Shown here one piece after another: positions 19,345-30,906 of a DNA stretch of 64,000 nt. The notes under the pieces were generated by a model. That model was not told the DNA's origin, made no database searches, and saw nothing but the letters and a program-made list of their open reading frames with translations. Both the position numbers and the translations under genes were made by a program. Numbering within the stretch: position 1 is the first letter of the stretch; each line of letters starts with the position of its first letter. Source of the stretch: Candidatus Spongiisociaceae bacterium. Lineage in GTDB: Bacteria > Actinomycetota > Acidimicrobiia > Spongiisociales > Spongiisociaceae. The stretch spans positions 2,592,001 through 2,656,000 of the forward strand of contig CBDCOH010000002.1 of NCBI GenBank assembly GCA_965219685.1, written 5' to 3'.

Positions 19345-20319
19345 GGGAATGAGTACAACCTTGCCGGTGACTTCACGGTTCGCGATGGCCGAGAGGGCCT
19401 CGGTGGCGGACTCCAGGGGGAAGCGAGCGGAGATGCGGGGTTCGATTACTCCTCTGGCCGTCCACTCGAGCAGCCTGGCGAAGTTAGCGCGGTTTCCCTC
19501 CGGATCACGGTCCGCGTAGGCACCCCAGAACACTCCCACGATCGAGGATCCCTTGAGCAGGGGAAGGTTCGTCGGGGCCTTGGGGATCCGGCCCGACGTG
19601 AAGCCCACCACCAGGATCCTGCCCTCCCAGTTGACACAGCGCAGGCACTCCAGGAAGGTGTCGCCACCCACCGGGTCGTAGATGACGTCGGCGCCGACCC
19701 CTCCGGTCAGTTCCTTGGTTCGCTCCTTTAGCGACTCGACGCTGTAATTGATGGTCTCGTCGGCACCGAGGTCCGTGGCCACCCGGGCCTTGGCGTCCGA
19801 GCTGACCGCGGCGATCACGCGGGCCCCAAGGGCCTTTCCGATCTGGATGGCTGCTGAACCCACCCCGCCCGTGGCCCCGGTTATCAGCAGGTTCTCACCC
19901 GGAGCCATACGGGCGCGGTCGACCAGGGCGTGGTACCCGGTCCCGTAGGTTAGCGCCATACACGCCCCCTGCTCCATGGTGACCGCATCCGGAAGGGCGA
20001 ACGTCCTGTCCGCCGGCACTACGAACTGCTCCGCCATTGCGCCCGACAGAAGGTTGAATCCCATCACGCGGTCGCCCACGGAGAGGTGGGTGACCTCTCC
20101 ACCCAACGCAAGGACCCTGCCGGCCGCCTCGGCGCCTGCCACGAAGGGGAGGCGGGGACGGTCCTGGTAGAGACCGCCGATCATCAGGATGTCGGGGAAG
20201 TTCAGCCCGACCGCTTCAACCCCGATCAGGACGTCGCCCGGCCCGGGTACCGGAGGATCGACGTCCTCGTAACGCAGTCCCTCGATCGGACCGAACTCGT
20301 GGACCATCTGGGCCTTCAT
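19342..20319 (-). CDS. NADPH:quinone oxidoreductase (MDR family)
   Basis: GLNFPD, GAEAAG, GATGGVG and YDPVGG. Confidence 0.9.
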   Translation of the reverse strand: MKAQMVHEFGPIEGLRYEDVDPPVPGPGDVLIGVEAVGLNFPDILMIGGLYQDRPRLPFVAGAEAAGRVLALGGEVTHLSVGDRVMGFNLLSGAMAEQFVVPADRTFALPDAVTMEQGACMALTYGTGYHALVDRARMAPGENLLITGATGGVGSAAIQIGKALGARVIAAVSSDAKARVATDLGADETINYSVESLKERTKELTGGVGADVIYDPVGGDTFLECLRCVNWEGRILVVGFTSGRIPKAPTNLPLLKGSSIVGVFWGAYADRDPEGNRANFARLLEWTARGVIEPRISARFPLESATEALSAIANREVTGKVVLIP

Positions 20320-20556
20320 GCCTTCTCCTTTGCGAGCTTGGGGCGCCGTTGGTACGGATTGAGAGGATACCGGCAGCGCGCTACTCCCATCTCACCCGGG
20401 GTCGGTTCGACCCGAAGGCCCACGGCCACATCCCTCAGGAATACCTTGAACATGCAACTGCGACTCATCGGTCGCTCAGGTGCCTTAACGAGGATAGGAT
20501 GAATGTCATGATTGTTTCAGTTGTCTTATAACACGGCACGCAACTAAACTCGTCGC

Positions 20557-21129
20557 ATGGACACGATCTCCCTCATCGATCTGGGCCCGGTGATCGCAGC
20601 CGTTCTCGGCCCGATGCTCGCTTTCGTCGCGGTGTCGATGCGCTATCAGCATGTCGACGGAACCAAGACCCGCCAACTGATCACGGACTCCGAGAAGGAA
20701 GCCCGCGGCCTGGCGGCGAACTCCCGGGAAGAAACCCGCCAACTGATCGCCAACTCCAAGGAAGAGACCCGCGAGCTCATTGCCAACTCCGAGATGGAAA
20801 CCCGCCAACTGATCGATCAATCGAACAAAGACACCCGCCAACTGATCGAGCGATCGAACAAAGACACCCGCCAACTGATCGATCAATCGAACAAAGACAC
20901 CCGCCAACTGATCGATCAATCGAACAAGGAGACTCTGGAAGCCGCACGCGAATTGATCGATGGGATCGCCGCCGGGCTAGCCGAACACCGGCGCGAGACC
21001 AGAGAGGGCTTCAGGGAGGTGAACAGAAGCTTGGCTGACACCCGTGAGAGGCTTGCCCGCATCGAGGGGCATCTCGGCATCGGGATGCCCCTGCCAAGGC
21101 CAGACGGGAACGCAGCCGACGCCGCGTAG
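20557..21129 (+). CDS. Hypothetical membrane-anchored coiled-coil protein with 11-aa repeats
   Basis: N-terminal TM, eight TRQLIxxSNKD-like repeats, C-terminal ERLARIEG; TAAACT 6 nt before the ATG. Confidence 0.75.
   Translation: MDTISLIDLGPVIAAVLGPMLAFVAVSMRYQHVDGTKTRQLITDSEKEARGLAANSREETRQLIANSKEETRELIANSEMETRQLIDQSNKDTRQLIERSNKDTRQLIDQSNKDTRQLIDQSNKETLEAARELIDGIAAGLAEHRRETREGFREVNRSLADTRERLARIEGHLGIGMPLPRPDGNAADAA
20668..20931 (+). repeat. Eight in-frame 33-bp tandem repeats
   Basis: Consensus ACCCGCCAACTGATCGATCAATCGAACAAAGAC; the last four copies are near-identical. Confidence 0.92.
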
Positions 21130-21153
21130 CGCATACGCGCCACAACCAGGCAA

Positions 21154-22299
21154 CTAATACAGGAACATAGGCTTGCCGGCCACGGCTCTGATGTCGGGCC
21201 GGTAGTTCTCGGCATCGTAGAAGGCGTCCACGTCCACGGTCCGCGCCCCCTCCGCCAGCACTGATAGGTGCCGAGTCGTATAGGCGCCGCCCTCAATGGC
21301 GACCATATGCCCGCTGGTGCCGGAGAGCATCAACTCGGCCGCCATCGTGCCGAAGTTGAACCCGACCATCAGGTCGAGGACATCCGGAGGACCGCTACGC
21401 ATGAGATAGGCGACCCGCTGGTTCATGATGCCTATGCCGGTGATCTGTTTGATCAGGCTGCCGGTCATTTCCCCGATCCCGCCCAGCTTGCGGTGACCGT
21501 AGGCGTCGGCCTCTCCCGATTCGACCCGATCCCCACCGGTGAGCGAGGCACCCTCGGAGACGACCACCACTGCGTACCGGCTGGGGTTGGCCTGCCGGTC
21601 AGCCACCACCATCGCGGCCAGGCGCTCGATGTCGAACGGCACTTCGGCTATCAGGGTCCGGTCGGCCGATCCGAGATAGCCGGCCGCCAGGCTGGTAGCT
21701 CCCGAGTAGCGCCCGAACAACTCGACCACGGCCACCCGCTCGTGGCTCCCGACTGCGCTCCGGAGGTTGTTGATGAAACCGACCGATCGCGTGACCGCGG
21801 TTGAGAATCCGACGCAGTACTCGGTCCCGGGCACGTCATTGTCCATGGTCTTGGGAATCGCCACCACGGGCACGCCCTCATCATGCATGCGCAGCGCGTA
21901 CGACAAGGTGTCGTCCCCTCCGATGGCCACCAGCGCGTCGAGTCCCAGACGCTCGACGACCCGGACGGCGTGGCGGGTGAGGTCGTAGGGCGGATCGGAG
22001 GCCGGAGGGGTGATGAAAGAGGGAACGCCGCGCTCCGCCACCCGTCCTGGGTTGGTCCGGCTGCTGTGCAGGATGGTCCCGCCGGTCCGGTCGATCGCCC
22101 GGACCGCCAGGCGGTCCAACTCCATCGTGTGGACGGCGACCGAATCGCGGTCATCAGGATCGATGTTGAGAACCGCACCCCAGCCACGCCGCAGACCGAG
22201 TACGGAGTGTCCGGCCTCCCCCACCCGGGTCACGAAAGCCTTGATGACCGGATTGAGTCCCGGAACGTCGCCTCCCCCGGTAAGGATCCCTATGCGCAC
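21154..22299 (-). CDS. pfkA: 6-phosphofructokinase (PfkA family)
   Basis: GGGDVPGLN, GGTILHSSR, IGGDDT, PKTMDND and VELFGR. Confidence 0.9.
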   Translation of the reverse strand: MRIGILTGGGDVPGLNPVIKAFVTRVGEAGHSVLGLRRGWGAVLNIDPDDRDSVAVHTMELDRLAVRAIDRTGGTILHSSRTNPGRVAERGVPSFITPPASDPPYDLTRHAVRVVERLGLDALVAIGGDDTLSYALRMHDEGVPVVAIPKTMDNDVPGTEYCVGFSTAVTRSVGFINNLRSAVGSHERVAVVELFGRYSGATSLAAGYLGSADRTLIAEVPFDIERLAAMVVADRQANPSRYAVVVVSEGASLTGGDRVESGEADAYGHRKLGGIGEMTGSLIKQITGIGIMNQRVAYLMRSGPPDVLDLMVGFNFGTMAAELMLSGTSGHMVAIEGGAYTTRHLSVLAEGARTVDVDAFYDAENYRPDIRAVAGKPMFLY

Positions 22300-22434
22300 C
22301 TGTGTCTCCGTCCGTCGCTGCCGTCCCGAGCAGGAGTCGGTGGGAACACCGGACCCGCCGGGCCGTCACATCCGTTGCTTGGGCGGAACGCTACCCGATG
22401 GGATCGGGGTCCGGTACCTGGCTACTCTGACCCG

Positions 22435-22842
22435 GTGAAGCTCTTGAACCTCGACCATGTGGCCATCGCGGTCCATGACCTCGATCAGGCGATCGCCGAC
22501 TACGGACGCAGGTACGGCGTATCGCCCATGCACCGCGAAGTGGTCGAGGAACAGGGGGTGGAGGAGGCGATGCTGCCCGTGGGAGGCTCGTTCGTCCAGT
22601 TGATCACCGCGCTTCGCCCGGACACGCCGGTGGGCAGGTTCCTGGAGCGTCGCGGGGAGGGCCTGCACCACATCGCCTACGCGGTGGTCGACATCGTGGC
22701 AGCCCTCGCCCATCTCGAAGCTGAGGGGGCCAGGCTGGTGGACGAGGTTCCCAGAATCGGGGGTCGAGGCGCCCAGATCGCCTTCGTCCATCCGAAAGGA
22801 GGAAACCAAACCCTCGTCGAGTTGGTCGAATACTCATTGTGA
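22435..22842 (+). CDS. mce: Methylmalonyl-CoA epimerase
   Basis: DHVAIAV, GEGLHHIAY, AFVHPK and LVELVE. Confidence 0.88.
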   Translation: MKLLNLDHVAIAVHDLDQAIADYGRRYGVSPMHREVVEEQGVEEAMLPVGGSFVQLITALRPDTPVGRFLERRGEGLHHIAYAVVDIVAALAHLEAEGARLVDEVPRIGGRGAQIAFVHPKGGNQTLVELVEYSL

Positions 22843-23108
22843 ACAATGGACACGCCACAGATTCCGGCGTTTGCTTCCGCATCACCGGGGGCGCCGGGCC
22901 TTACGAAGCAGCGGCTATCGCCGCCGCGATCGACCATTCGCTGGCCGAGGAGCGGAAAGTAGCCGGTCCGCCTGCCCGCAGGTTCTCGAACTGGAGGATG
23001 GTTGCGATGGGCGAGCCGTTCGTCCCACCGCGGCCCATCACCAATGGCGTGCTCAACGGCGCCGCACGATCGAGCGCGCCTCGGCCGAGCCGACCATCAG
23101 GGTCGTGA
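22839..23108 (+). CDS. Small protein resembling the acyl-CoA carboxylase epsilon subunit
   Basis: RITGGAGPYEAAAIAAAI...WR pattern; GTGA-coupled to mce. Confidence 0.45.
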   Translation: MNNGHATDSGVCFRITGGAGPYEAAAIAAAIDHSLAEERKVAGPPARRFSNWRMVAMGEPFVPPRPITNGVLNGAARSSAPRPSRPSGS

Positions 23109-24612
23109 TCAGGTAGACCACCCCGGCGACCCCCAACCCCAGCAAGGTCGCCACCACCCCGGTCGTGAAGTCCGGTACCAGCCCGCCGGTGACCGCGTTC
23201 GCAGCCAGCCAACCGGCGACAGCGGCCAACCCGGTGGCGATGGTTACCTGTCGGACCGTTCGAGCCAACCCGGCGAGGCCCTCCGCAGAGTGGCGACGAC
23301 GCCACAGCAGACCCAGCGTGAGCGCATGTCCGGTGATCGCGAGCGAACTGGCTACCGCGATTCCCGGCACCCCGCCCGCGTGGAAGCCGATCAGGAACAT
23401 GGGAATGGCGAGAAGAGTCCAGCCTGTTCCGGCCCCCACCGGGATCCACATCTGGCGATGGGCGTAGAAGGCCCGGCCGAAGACCTGATGGACGCCCCAG
23501 GCGGGGATGCTCAGCGAGTACCCGACCAGGGCCGCGGCGGTGAGTACCGTTCCTTGCTCGCTGAACTCGCCATGCTGGAAGGCGACCCTGATCGCCGGCT
23601 GGCTGACCGCGATGGCACCGGCCACCGCCGCACCACCGGCGAATACGACCATCCGCGCCGCCCTGCCCATCGAGGCCAGCATCTCGTCGCGGCGGCCTTC
23701 AGCCACGAGACGGGCCAAGTACGGGTAAGCGGCCACCCCTGCAGCCTGGGCGATCACACCCACAGGAACCATGTTCACACGGCGGGCCAGACCCAGACTG
23801 AAGATCGACCCGTCCGGGGCTGCCGCCGCCACGAGCTTGCCGATCGACTCGTCGAGCACCACGATGGACTGCCCGATCATCAGCGGGATCGCCAGGCGGA
23901 GGTACGCCCGGAACTCGGAGTGCGCGAAGTCGGGCCATCCCGCGGTCACGCGCATCCCCGTCCGGCGAGCCCCCCACCATTGCAGGGCCAGGTTGCCGAC
24001 CAGAGCCCCACCCAGCGCTCCGAGGATGAATCCGGTGGCGGCCACCTCACCCGACCCGGTTCCGACCAGGCCACCAACGATTATCCCCGCGTTGTAGATG
24101 ATGGGAGCCAGGACGGGGATGAGAAACCGCCCGTGGGCGTACTGAACGGCCATGAACAACCCGCCGAGCACGAAGAAGACCTGAGCAGGCAGGACCAACC
24201 GGGTGAGGCGGGTCACCTCAACCAACTGATCGGCGTCCAACCGACCGCCAGACCCGAACAGCACCTCGACGATGACCTCCGCAGCAGCCACAGCCAACCC
24301 GGTCAGGATGACGATCAATACCGCGACCGGGCGGAAGACCGCGTTGAACGCAGCACGCGCACCCTCGATGTCGTCGGCGGCGAGATAGCGGCTCAGGATC
24401 GGAATGAAGGTGATAGCCAGAAAACCCCCGGCCATCAGATAGTTGAGAAAGTCGGGAACGATGAAGGCAGCCTCGTAGGCGTCGGCCACCGGCGTGTCAC
24501 CTAGGCGGTTGGCCAGAACCACGTTGCGGGCGAACCCGAGCAGGCGGGACAGGAGGATCCCGGCTGCCACTACCTGCACGGCTCGGGTCATGCCCCTGGT
24601 GGCCCAGATCAT
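23053..24612 (-). CDS. murJ: Lipid II flippase MurJ
   Basis: [32 protein letters not shown] and RAFYA. Confidence 0.92.
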   Translation of the reverse strand: MIWATRGMTRAVQVVAAGILLSRLLGFARNVVLANRLGDTPVADAYEAAFIVPDFLNYLMAGGFLAITFIPILSRYLAADDIEGARAAFNAVFRPVAVLIVILTGLAVAAAEVIVEVLFGSGGRLDADQLVEVTRLTRLVLPAQVFFVLGGLFMAVQYAHGRFLIPVLAPIIYNAGIIVGGLVGTGSGEVAATGFILGALGGALVGNLALQWWGARRTGMRVTAGWPDFAHSEFRAYLRLAIPLMIGQSIVVLDESIGKLVAAAAPDGSIFSLGLARRVNMVPVGVIAQAAGVAAYPYLARLVAEGRRDEMLASMGRAARMVVFAGGAAVAGAIAVSQPAIRVAFQHGEFSEQGTVLTAAALVGYSLSIPAWGVHQVFGRAFYAHRQMWIPVGAGTGWTLLAIPMFLIGFHAGGVPGIAVASSLAITGHALTLGLLWRRRHSAEGLAGLARTVRQVTIATGLAAVAGWLAANAVTGGLVPDFTTGVVATLLGLGVAGVVYLITTLMVGSAEARSIVRRR

Positions 24613-25451
24613 GGGATCCGGTCTCGGAGTGCCTCGAGTACCCGGTCCGGAACCTCCAGATCCCCCCTTCCGACACCCACCCCGATACCCGGCTTGTAAT
24701 CCCCGTGGAAGTCCGACCCGCCCGAAGGCAGCAACCCGAAGGATCGGACCGATCGCTCCAGTTGTCTGCGCATTGCGCTGTCGTACTCGCTGTAGAAGCA
24801 CTCGACACCGACCAACCCCATCCCCGCCAGCCATCGGTAGGTGGCTTCGTACTCCCCTGTACTGTCCAGGCCGAGAGTGTGGGGATGGGCCAGGACCGGT
24901 ACGGCCCCGGAGCGGCGGGCCATTGCGATCGCCTCCTCGGGAGACAACAAGCGGCGGGGCGCGTAGGCCGGTTTGCCAGCCCCCAGGTACTCCCGGAATG
25001 CCGTGGAGATATCCGGAACGTACCCCTTCCGCTTCATCACCGCGGCGAAATGAGGACGGCCGACGCTACCTCTCCCCGCCTCGGCCAGAACCTCCGGGTA
25101 GTCGATGTCGAGACCGAGGTCGCTCAGCCGCCGGGCAATGTCCCGATTCCGTCGATGGCGCGCTTCGCGCAGGTCCGCCAGCCGGTCCTGAAGGGGTCCC
25201 CGGCCGGGCTCCAGGAACAGGACCACCACGTGCAGGCCTCCCCGATCCCACTCGCAGGACAACTCGGTCCCGGGTATCAACTCGATCCCGTGCCGCGCGG
25301 CCTCCGATCGCGCTTCCCCTACTCCCTCGAGCGTGTCGTGGTCGGTGAGCGCAACGGCCGACAGCCCGGCGCGGGCCGCCAGCCTCACCACCTCCGAAGG
25401 CGGCTCGGTTCCATCCGACGCGGTCGAGTGAGCATGGAGATCGACAGCCAT
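24609..25451 (-). CDS. PHP domain phosphoesterase
   Basis: [24 protein letters not shown] and GGSDFHG. Confidence 0.92.
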   Translation of the reverse strand: MAVDLHAHSTASDGTEPPSEVVRLAARAGLSAVALTDHDTLEGVGEARSEAARHGIELIPGTELSCEWDRGGLHVVVLFLEPGRGPLQDRLADLREARHRRNRDIARRLSDLGLDIDYPEVLAEAGRGSVGRPHFAAVMKRKGYVPDISTAFREYLGAGKPAYAPRRLLSPEEAIAMARRSGAVPVLAHPHTLGLDSTGEYEATYRWLAGMGLVGVECFYSEYDSAMRRQLERSVRSFGLLPSGGSDFHGDYKPGIGVGVGRGDLEVPDRVLEALRDRIP

Positions 25452-25505
25452 CCCCTCGGGAGGCTAACCCCCGGCAACCGGTATCAACGGAACAAGGGGT
25501 CCGGT

Positions 25506-25739
25506 TCAGCCGTCCGGAGTGGTTACGTCGGTCACCGAAGGCTGCACCGGTGCCGGATCGGCGGGTTGGTCACCACCGGTGACCAGGTTTCCGATCACGA
25601 AGACCACCACCAGGATGGCCGCTATGACCAGCCCGTTGACTATGCGGCGGCGCCACTTGGCGCGGCGGGCGGCACGCCGCTCCGCCTCGAGCCGCGCTTG
25701 GCGGTTCTGCTTCTGGCGTGCTCGTTTCTCACTGCCCAT
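25506..25739 (-). CDS. Small basic single-TM hypothetical protein
   Basis: Arg/Lys-rich N-terminus followed by one TM; TAGAAT about 8 nt upstream of the ATG. Confidence 0.6.
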   Translation of the reverse strand: MGSEKRARQKQNRQARLEAERRAARRAKWRRRIVNGLVIAAILVVVFVIGNLVTGGDQPADPAPVQPSVTDVTTPDG

Positions 25740-25853
25740 GCAGCCACTATTCTAGGGGTGCTGTTGCGGAGCCGGAACTTCGGGCCGTGTGCAGTGCCCG
25801 CGGTGCGGTGCGCGACGGCAGCCTTCAAACTGTTCCCCCCGGGATCCGAACTC

Positions 25854-27092
25854 ATGTCCTTGCTCGTCCAGAAATACGGTGGCACCTCGGTGGCCGACCC
25901 CCAGCGCATCCGGCACGTTGCTCGACGTGTCGCCAGGACGCGCCGCGCCGGCAACGACGTGATCGTGGTCGTGTCCGCGATGGGCAAGTCGACCGACGAC
26001 CTCATCTCGCTTGCCCACCAGGTCAACCGCCAACCACCCGCCCGCGAGATGGACATGCTCCTGACCGCCGGCGAACGGATATCGATGGCCTTGCTCGCGA
26101 TGGCGCTGCACCGCGAGGGAACACCGGCACTGAGCCTCACCGGCTCGCAAGCCGGCATCCTCACCGACGCCGCTCACGGGGAGGCGAAGATCACCGAGAT
26201 CCGCGGCACCCGGGTCCGTGACGGGCTGCAAGACGGCAAGGTGGTGATCGTTGCCGGATTCCAGGGTGTGGATCCCGCGTCCAAGGAGGTGACCACGCTC
26301 GGAAGGGGAGGGTCCGACGCGACGGCAGTGGCGCTGGCATCCGCCCACCGCGCTGACACCTGCGAGATATACACCGATGTCAACGGGATCTACACCGCCG
26401 ACCCCCGGGTCGTATCCGGCGCACGGAAGTTGGACGAGGTGTCGTTCGACGAGATGCTCGAGCTTGCGGCCGGCGGCGCGGGAGTGCTCATGGCCCGATC
26501 CGTCGAGGTGGGCCGCAGATTTGGCGTACCGATCCACGTCCGTTCATCCTTCGCGGAGGACGAGGGCACATGGGTCAAGGAGAGAACTATGGAAGAGGCG
26601 ATCATCAGGGGCGTCGCGCACGACACCTCGGAAGCCAAGGTAACGATCCGGGGAGTGCCGGACCGTCCGGGAGTTGCGGCTGCCCTATTCGAAACACTGG
26701 CAGATGCCCGCGTCAACGTCGACATGATCGTGCAGAATGTCGGGGAGGATGGAAGTACGGACATCAGCTTCACGGTCCCCGAGTCCCATGCTGGTGCAGC
26801 TTCCCGTGCCACCGATCCTTTGGTGGAGGAGTTGGGCGCCCACGGGTTTGCGGTCGACTCCGAGATCGCCAAGGTGTCGCTGGTCGGCGCCGGCATGAAG
26901 TCCAGTCCCGGCGTGGCTGCGCGCGTGTTCCGTGCTCTCGCCAATGCTCGCATAAACATCGAGATGATCTCCACCTCCCCGATCCGGATCTCCTGCGTGG
27001 TCCGCCGGGAGTGTGTCGAACCGGCCGTCAGGGCACTACACACCGAGTTCGATCCTCCGGTGATCACCGAGGAGGTGGGCGCAGATGCCTGA
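25854..27092 (+). CDS. lysC: Aspartate kinase
   Basis: [28 protein letters not shown] and two ACT domains. Confidence 0.95.
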   Translation: MSLLVQKYGGTSVADPQRIRHVARRVARTRRAGNDVIVVVSAMGKSTDDLISLAHQVNRQPPAREMDMLLTAGERISMALLAMALHREGTPALSLTGSQAGILTDAAHGEAKITEIRGTRVRDGLQDGKVVIVAGFQGVDPASKEVTTLGRGGSDATAVALASAHRADTCEIYTDVNGIYTADPRVVSGARKLDEVSFDEMLELAAGGAGVLMARSVEVGRRFGVPIHVRSSFAEDEGTWVKERTMEEAIIRGVAHDTSEAKVTIRGVPDRPGVAAALFETLADARVNVDMIVQNVGEDGSTDISFTVPESHAGAASRATDPLVEELGAHGFAVDSEIAKVSLVGAGMKSSPGVAARVFRALANARINIEMISTSPIRISCVVRRECVEPAVRALHTEFDPPVITEEVGADA

Positions 27093-28104
27093 CTCCCCCC
27101 GTATCGCAGTCGTCGGAGCTACCGGCGCGGTGGGCCGGACCATGATTGCCATCCTCGAAGAGCGGAACCTCCCGGTCGCCCAGCTCCGGCTGATGGCCTC
27201 CGAGCGCTCCGCCGGGACCGTGGTGAACACGCGCTGGGGGGAGGTGACGGTCGAGCAACTCGACGAGGCCGACCCCTCCGGGATCGATATCGCTCTGTTC
27301 TCGGCCGGCGCGGCGCGCAGTCGCCGGCACGCGCCCGCCTTTACCGCCGCGGGAGCGGTGGTCGTCGACAACTCCTCGGCCTTCCGCCAGGATCCTGGCG
27401 TGCCTCTGGTGGTGGCGGGGGTAAATGACCACGCCGTAGCCTCGCATGACGGCGTCATCGCCAACCCAAACTGCACCACCATGACGCTCATGATGGCCGC
27501 CGGTCCCCTCCACCGCCACGCCGGCCTGGCGAGGATGGTGGCCATGTCCTACCAGTCGGTGTCGGGTGCGGGGATGAGCGGGATGGATGCCCTCATGCAC
27601 CAGACCGGCGTCCTCATCAGCCAGCCCGAAGCCCTAGTAGCCGGAACCTGGAAGGACCCGGGAAGCGAGCCGTTCCAGCGCCCGATCGGCTTCAACGTCC
27701 TCCCGTTGGCGGGATCGATAACGGGCGCGGGTCACACCGACGAGGAGTGGAAGCTCGTGAACGAGACTCGCAAGATCCTCGAGCGTGAAGACATATCGGT
27801 GGAACCCACCTGCGTGAGGGTGCCTGTCATGGTCGGGCACGGCATCTCGGCCACCATGTGGTTCGACACTCCGCTGGATCCCGAGACCGCCCGTAAGGTG
27901 CTCGAGGAAGCACCCGGCGTGGTGCTGTGGCCCGACGACCACGTGGCGACTCCGCTGGATTCGGCCGGCGCCGACCCGGTGCTGGTGTCCCGGATCAGAC
28001 CCACTCTGGGTCAACCAGGCGGGATAAGCCTATGGACGGTGGGCGACAACCTCCGCAAGGGCGCCGCCCTCAATGCGGTCGAGATCGCCGAACTTCTCAT
28101 CTGA
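27085..28104 (+). CDS. asd: Aspartate-semialdehyde dehydrogenase
   Basis: GATGAVG, DNSSAFR, ANPNCTT and [12 protein letters not shown]. Confidence 0.96.
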   Translation: MPDSPRIAVVGATGAVGRTMIAILEERNLPVAQLRLMASERSAGTVVNTRWGEVTVEQLDEADPSGIDIALFSAGAARSRRHAPAFTAAGAVVVDNSSAFRQDPGVPLVVAGVNDHAVASHDGVIANPNCTTMTLMMAAGPLHRHAGLARMVAMSYQSVSGAGMSGMDALMHQTGVLISQPEALVAGTWKDPGSEPFQRPIGFNVLPLAGSITGAGHTDEEWKLVNETRKILEREDISVEPTCVRVPVMVGHGISATMWFDTPLDPETARKVLEEAPGVVLWPDDHVATPLDSAGADPVLVSRIRPTLGQPGGISLWTVGDNLRKGAALNAVEIAELLI

Positions 28105-28154
28105 TCGGCGCTCCCACAGTGCCCATCGCGGTGCTGCCGGTCTAGACTCATTCT

Positions 28155-28985
28155 ATGGATACCCCCACTCCGGCCTGGGTCTCCGGCGGAGAGTCGACCG
28201 CCGGGCCCCTCTTCCACGAGCCGTCGTTCGAGACCGTCCAAGAGCTCCGCGCCTACCGCAAACAGGTTCTGGTGACCGCGTACCGGCTGTTCGGCGCCTT
28301 CGGGTGGGGTTCACTGGGCGATGGGCACATTACGGCTCGCGACCCGGAGCAGCCCAACGCCATGTGGCTGATCCGCCATGGCGTACCCTTCCACCGGACC
28401 ACAACCTCCGACCTGGTCCTCGTAGGTCCTGATGGACGGGTCGACAGTGGGGACGCCATCAACAAGACCGCCTACTACATACATGCCCCGATACATGAGG
28501 CGCGACCTGAGGTGGTAGCAGTCGCTCACACCCACACCCCATATGCGACTCCGTGGGCCGCCAACGTGGAACCCTTCCAGATGATCTGCCAGGAAGCCAC
28601 CGCCTTCTTCGAGGACCACTCCATCTTCGAGGGTGAGGAGGTTCAGGTCTCCGACTTCGACACCGGCAAGCGTATCGCCGCCGCCCTCGGAGAGACCAAG
28701 GCGGTTCTGCTACGCAACCACGGACCGCTGACGGTGGGGTACTCGGTGGAGGAGGCGATCGGCTGGTTCCTGTTGGTGGAACGAGTGGCGGAGGTTCATG
28801 TCAAGGCCCATCGCGCCAAACCGATAAGCGACGAGTCGGCGCGGCACGCAGCCATCGAGATAGGCCACGTCGGCATGGCCCTCAACGCCTTCGAGTACGC
28901 CGTGATGTCGAAGCTTCCGGAATCCCAGATCTGGGGAGACCCTCGGGGGTCCCACACCCCGGCGTCGTTGACCCGCGGGGCCTGA
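28155..28985 (+). CDS. Class II aldolase/adducin family protein
   Basis: GHITARDPE, IHAPIH, AHTHT and LRNHG. Confidence 0.9.
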   Translation: MDTPTPAWVSGGESTAGPLFHEPSFETVQELRAYRKQVLVTAYRLFGAFGWGSLGDGHITARDPEQPNAMWLIRHGVPFHRTTTSDLVLVGPDGRVDSGDAINKTAYYIHAPIHEARPEVVAVAHTHTPYATPWAANVEPFQMICQEATAFFEDHSIFEGEEVQVSDFDTGKRIAAALGETKAVLLRNHGPLTVGYSVEEAIGWFLLVERVAEVHVKAHRAKPISDESARHAAIEIGHVGMALNAFEYAVMSKLPESQIWGDPRGSHTPASLTRGA

Positions 28986-29051
28986 ACGAGTAGTTGGTAG
29001 TTGGGGATCGGGAGACCGCGGGGTCGCTAGGCAATGGCGAACGGTGTCCGG

Positions 29052-29125
<74 letters not shown>

Positions 29126-29159
29126 TAGGGCGAGTCTACTCGAATCCGCACCGCCCACA

Positions 29160-30419
29160 TCAGACCGGGGTCCTCGAAACTCTCATCTTGGATATCCGGC
29201 GGCGATCCATCACCAGCACGGTGAAGAGCAACCCCTCGTACTCGACGCGGTCCCCGGCTACGGGTATGCGACCGGACACGAACAGGAAGAGACCGGCCAC
29301 CGTTGAGTAGGGACCGTCCTCCACCAGCGCACCGGTCGCCTCCTCGAACTCGTCGATCGGAGTCTTGCCGTCGACCAACCACGTGTCATCGCCGAGCGGT
29401 AGGGCGGTCGGAGCCCGCGGGTCGTACTCATCCTGGAGTCCCCCCACCAGCTCGCCTACGAGATCCTTGATCGTGACGAGGCCGTCAACTCCGCCATGCT
29501 CGTCCATGACCATCGCTATCCCGGTCCGGCGCGCACGCAGATCCCGGAGCACCCGCATCACGGGAGCACTCTCCGGCGCGTAGTAGGGCGTCCGGAGCAG
29601 GCCTAGTACGCCGTCCGGATCGAGTTCGTCCTGCTGGCTCAGCACATCCTTGGCGTAGAGAACACCCCGGACCGAATCCAGGTTCTCCTGCTCGCTGACC
29701 ACCGGAAAGCGAGAGTGTGCTGTGGCCGCCACCGCATGGCGGACTGCCCCGGAGGTCACGGGCATGGGGAGGCTGACTATGTCGACCCTTGGCGTCATCA
29801 CATCCCTGACCGGCTGATCAGCGGTCTCGAACAGGCGCTCGATGATCTCCCTCTCCGCCGAGTCGATCTCGCCCCTGCTCTCGCCGAGGATGGCAAGAGC
29901 CCTCACATCAGCCAGGGTCACTGTCCGCTCCTGCGAAGGCGGCAGCCGGAACAGTCTGATGATCCCGGTTCCGAGGCCGATGAACACCCGTGATATGGGC
30001 CGGAGTCCCACGGCCAGCACCCACACCGGCAGGGCCGCCAGCAATCCGTACCTCTCGGGATAGCGGGCGGCCAGCGTCTTCGGGGTCACTTCGCCCACAA
30101 CCAGAACAAGGATGGTCACCACCACCGTCGAAATGACCGTTCCCCATCCCTCCCCCACCAGGCTGATGGCCACAGCGGCTGCCACGGACGTGGCCAGGAT
30201 GTTCACGAAGTTGTTGGCGACGAGGATCGTGCTGATCGATCCCTCGAGATCGAGCACCAGAGCCTCCAGGCGACGTCCCCGTCTTCCCGTTCCGGCCAGT
30301 TGCTGGACCCGTTCCCTCGGCACCGCGGTCAGGGCGGTCTCGCTGCCCGACAGGAATCCCGAAGACAGCAGACACAACGCGAACACAACCAGCAGGACCA
30401 AGCGCAGGGACCCGATCAT
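29160..30419 (-). CDS. Hemolysin-family CNNM/CBS/CorC domain protein
   Basis: SGSETAL, GEVTPK, VMTPR, HSRFPV and DEHGG. Confidence 0.9.
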   Translation of the reverse strand: MIGSLRLVLLVVFALCLLSSGFLSGSETALTAVPRERVQQLAGTGRRGRRLEALVLDLEGSISTILVANNFVNILATSVAAAVAISLVGEGWGTVISTVVVTILVLVVGEVTPKTLAARYPERYGLLAALPVWVLAVGLRPISRVFIGLGTGIIRLFRLPPSQERTVTLADVRALAILGESRGEIDSAEREIIERLFETADQPVRDVMTPRVDIVSLPMPVTSGAVRHAVAATAHSRFPVVSEQENLDSVRGVLYAKDVLSQQDELDPDGVLGLLRTPYYAPESAPVMRVLRDLRARRTGIAMVMDEHGGVDGLVTIKDLVGELVGGLQDEYDPRAPTALPLGDDTWLVDGKTPIDEFEEATGALVEDGPYSTVAGLFLFVSGRIPVAGDRVEYEGLLFTVLVMDRRRISKMRVSRTPV

Positions 30420-30447
30420 CGGAACACCGGAGGACCCGGGCGTCGGG

Positions 30448-30810
30448 TCAGCGGTCCACTCCCAGCGGAGTGACCCCGGCGAGAACGGAGCGCAACTCCT
30501 GGGCGGCGAAGGGCTTCAGCAACCAAGCATCCGCACCGGCCCTCTTGGCGATGAACGCATCGGCTCGGCGGTCCAACAGCAGCACGATAGGACCGACTCC
30601 AGGATTCGCTCCCTTCAAGGCCCTCGTGATCGCCATGCCCCCCATCGAGCCGACCTGCATGTCGACGATCGCCAGGTCAGCGCCCTCCGCGACGGCCACC
30701 ACCTCAGCGTCGTAGGGGTCAGGCACGCTCACGACCTCGTGACTACCGCTCAGGGCCGCCCGGACCTGGTTCCGAACCCACGGGACATCGCACACCAGCA
30801 ATACCTTCAC
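30448..30810 (-). CDS. Stand-alone response regulator receiver protein
   Basis: DLAIVDMQ and GADAWLLKPF. Confidence 0.82.
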   Translation of the reverse strand: MKVLLVCDVPWVRNQVRAALSGSHEVVSVPDPYDAEVVAVAEGADLAIVDMQVGSMGGMAITRALKGANPGVGPIVLLLDRRADAFIAKRAGADAWLLKPFAAQELRSVLAGVTPLGVDR

Positions 30811-30906
30811 GGTGCCACTGTAGCGACTCTGCCGAGAGCCTCACCGATCCCACCGATCCCCGCCGTCCCGGCTGGGAAGCAGCACCCATCTATCATCCCC
30901 GCTGCC

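Noticed and set aside
20395-20420. GGGTCGGTTCGACCC resembling a tRNA T-arm
   Set aside because: No acceptor, D or anticodon arms can be built around it.
20668-20931. 33-bp repeats as a CRISPR array
   Set aside because: The repeats are directly abutting with no unique spacers, are in frame within an ORF, and there are no cas genes.
24705-25853. Long N-terminal extension of aspartate kinase; similar extensions for NfeD (30112), mce (21883), WhiB (31725) and udk (14127)
   Set aside because: These are open frames in GC-rich DNA overlapping real genes; the conserved domains start downstream.
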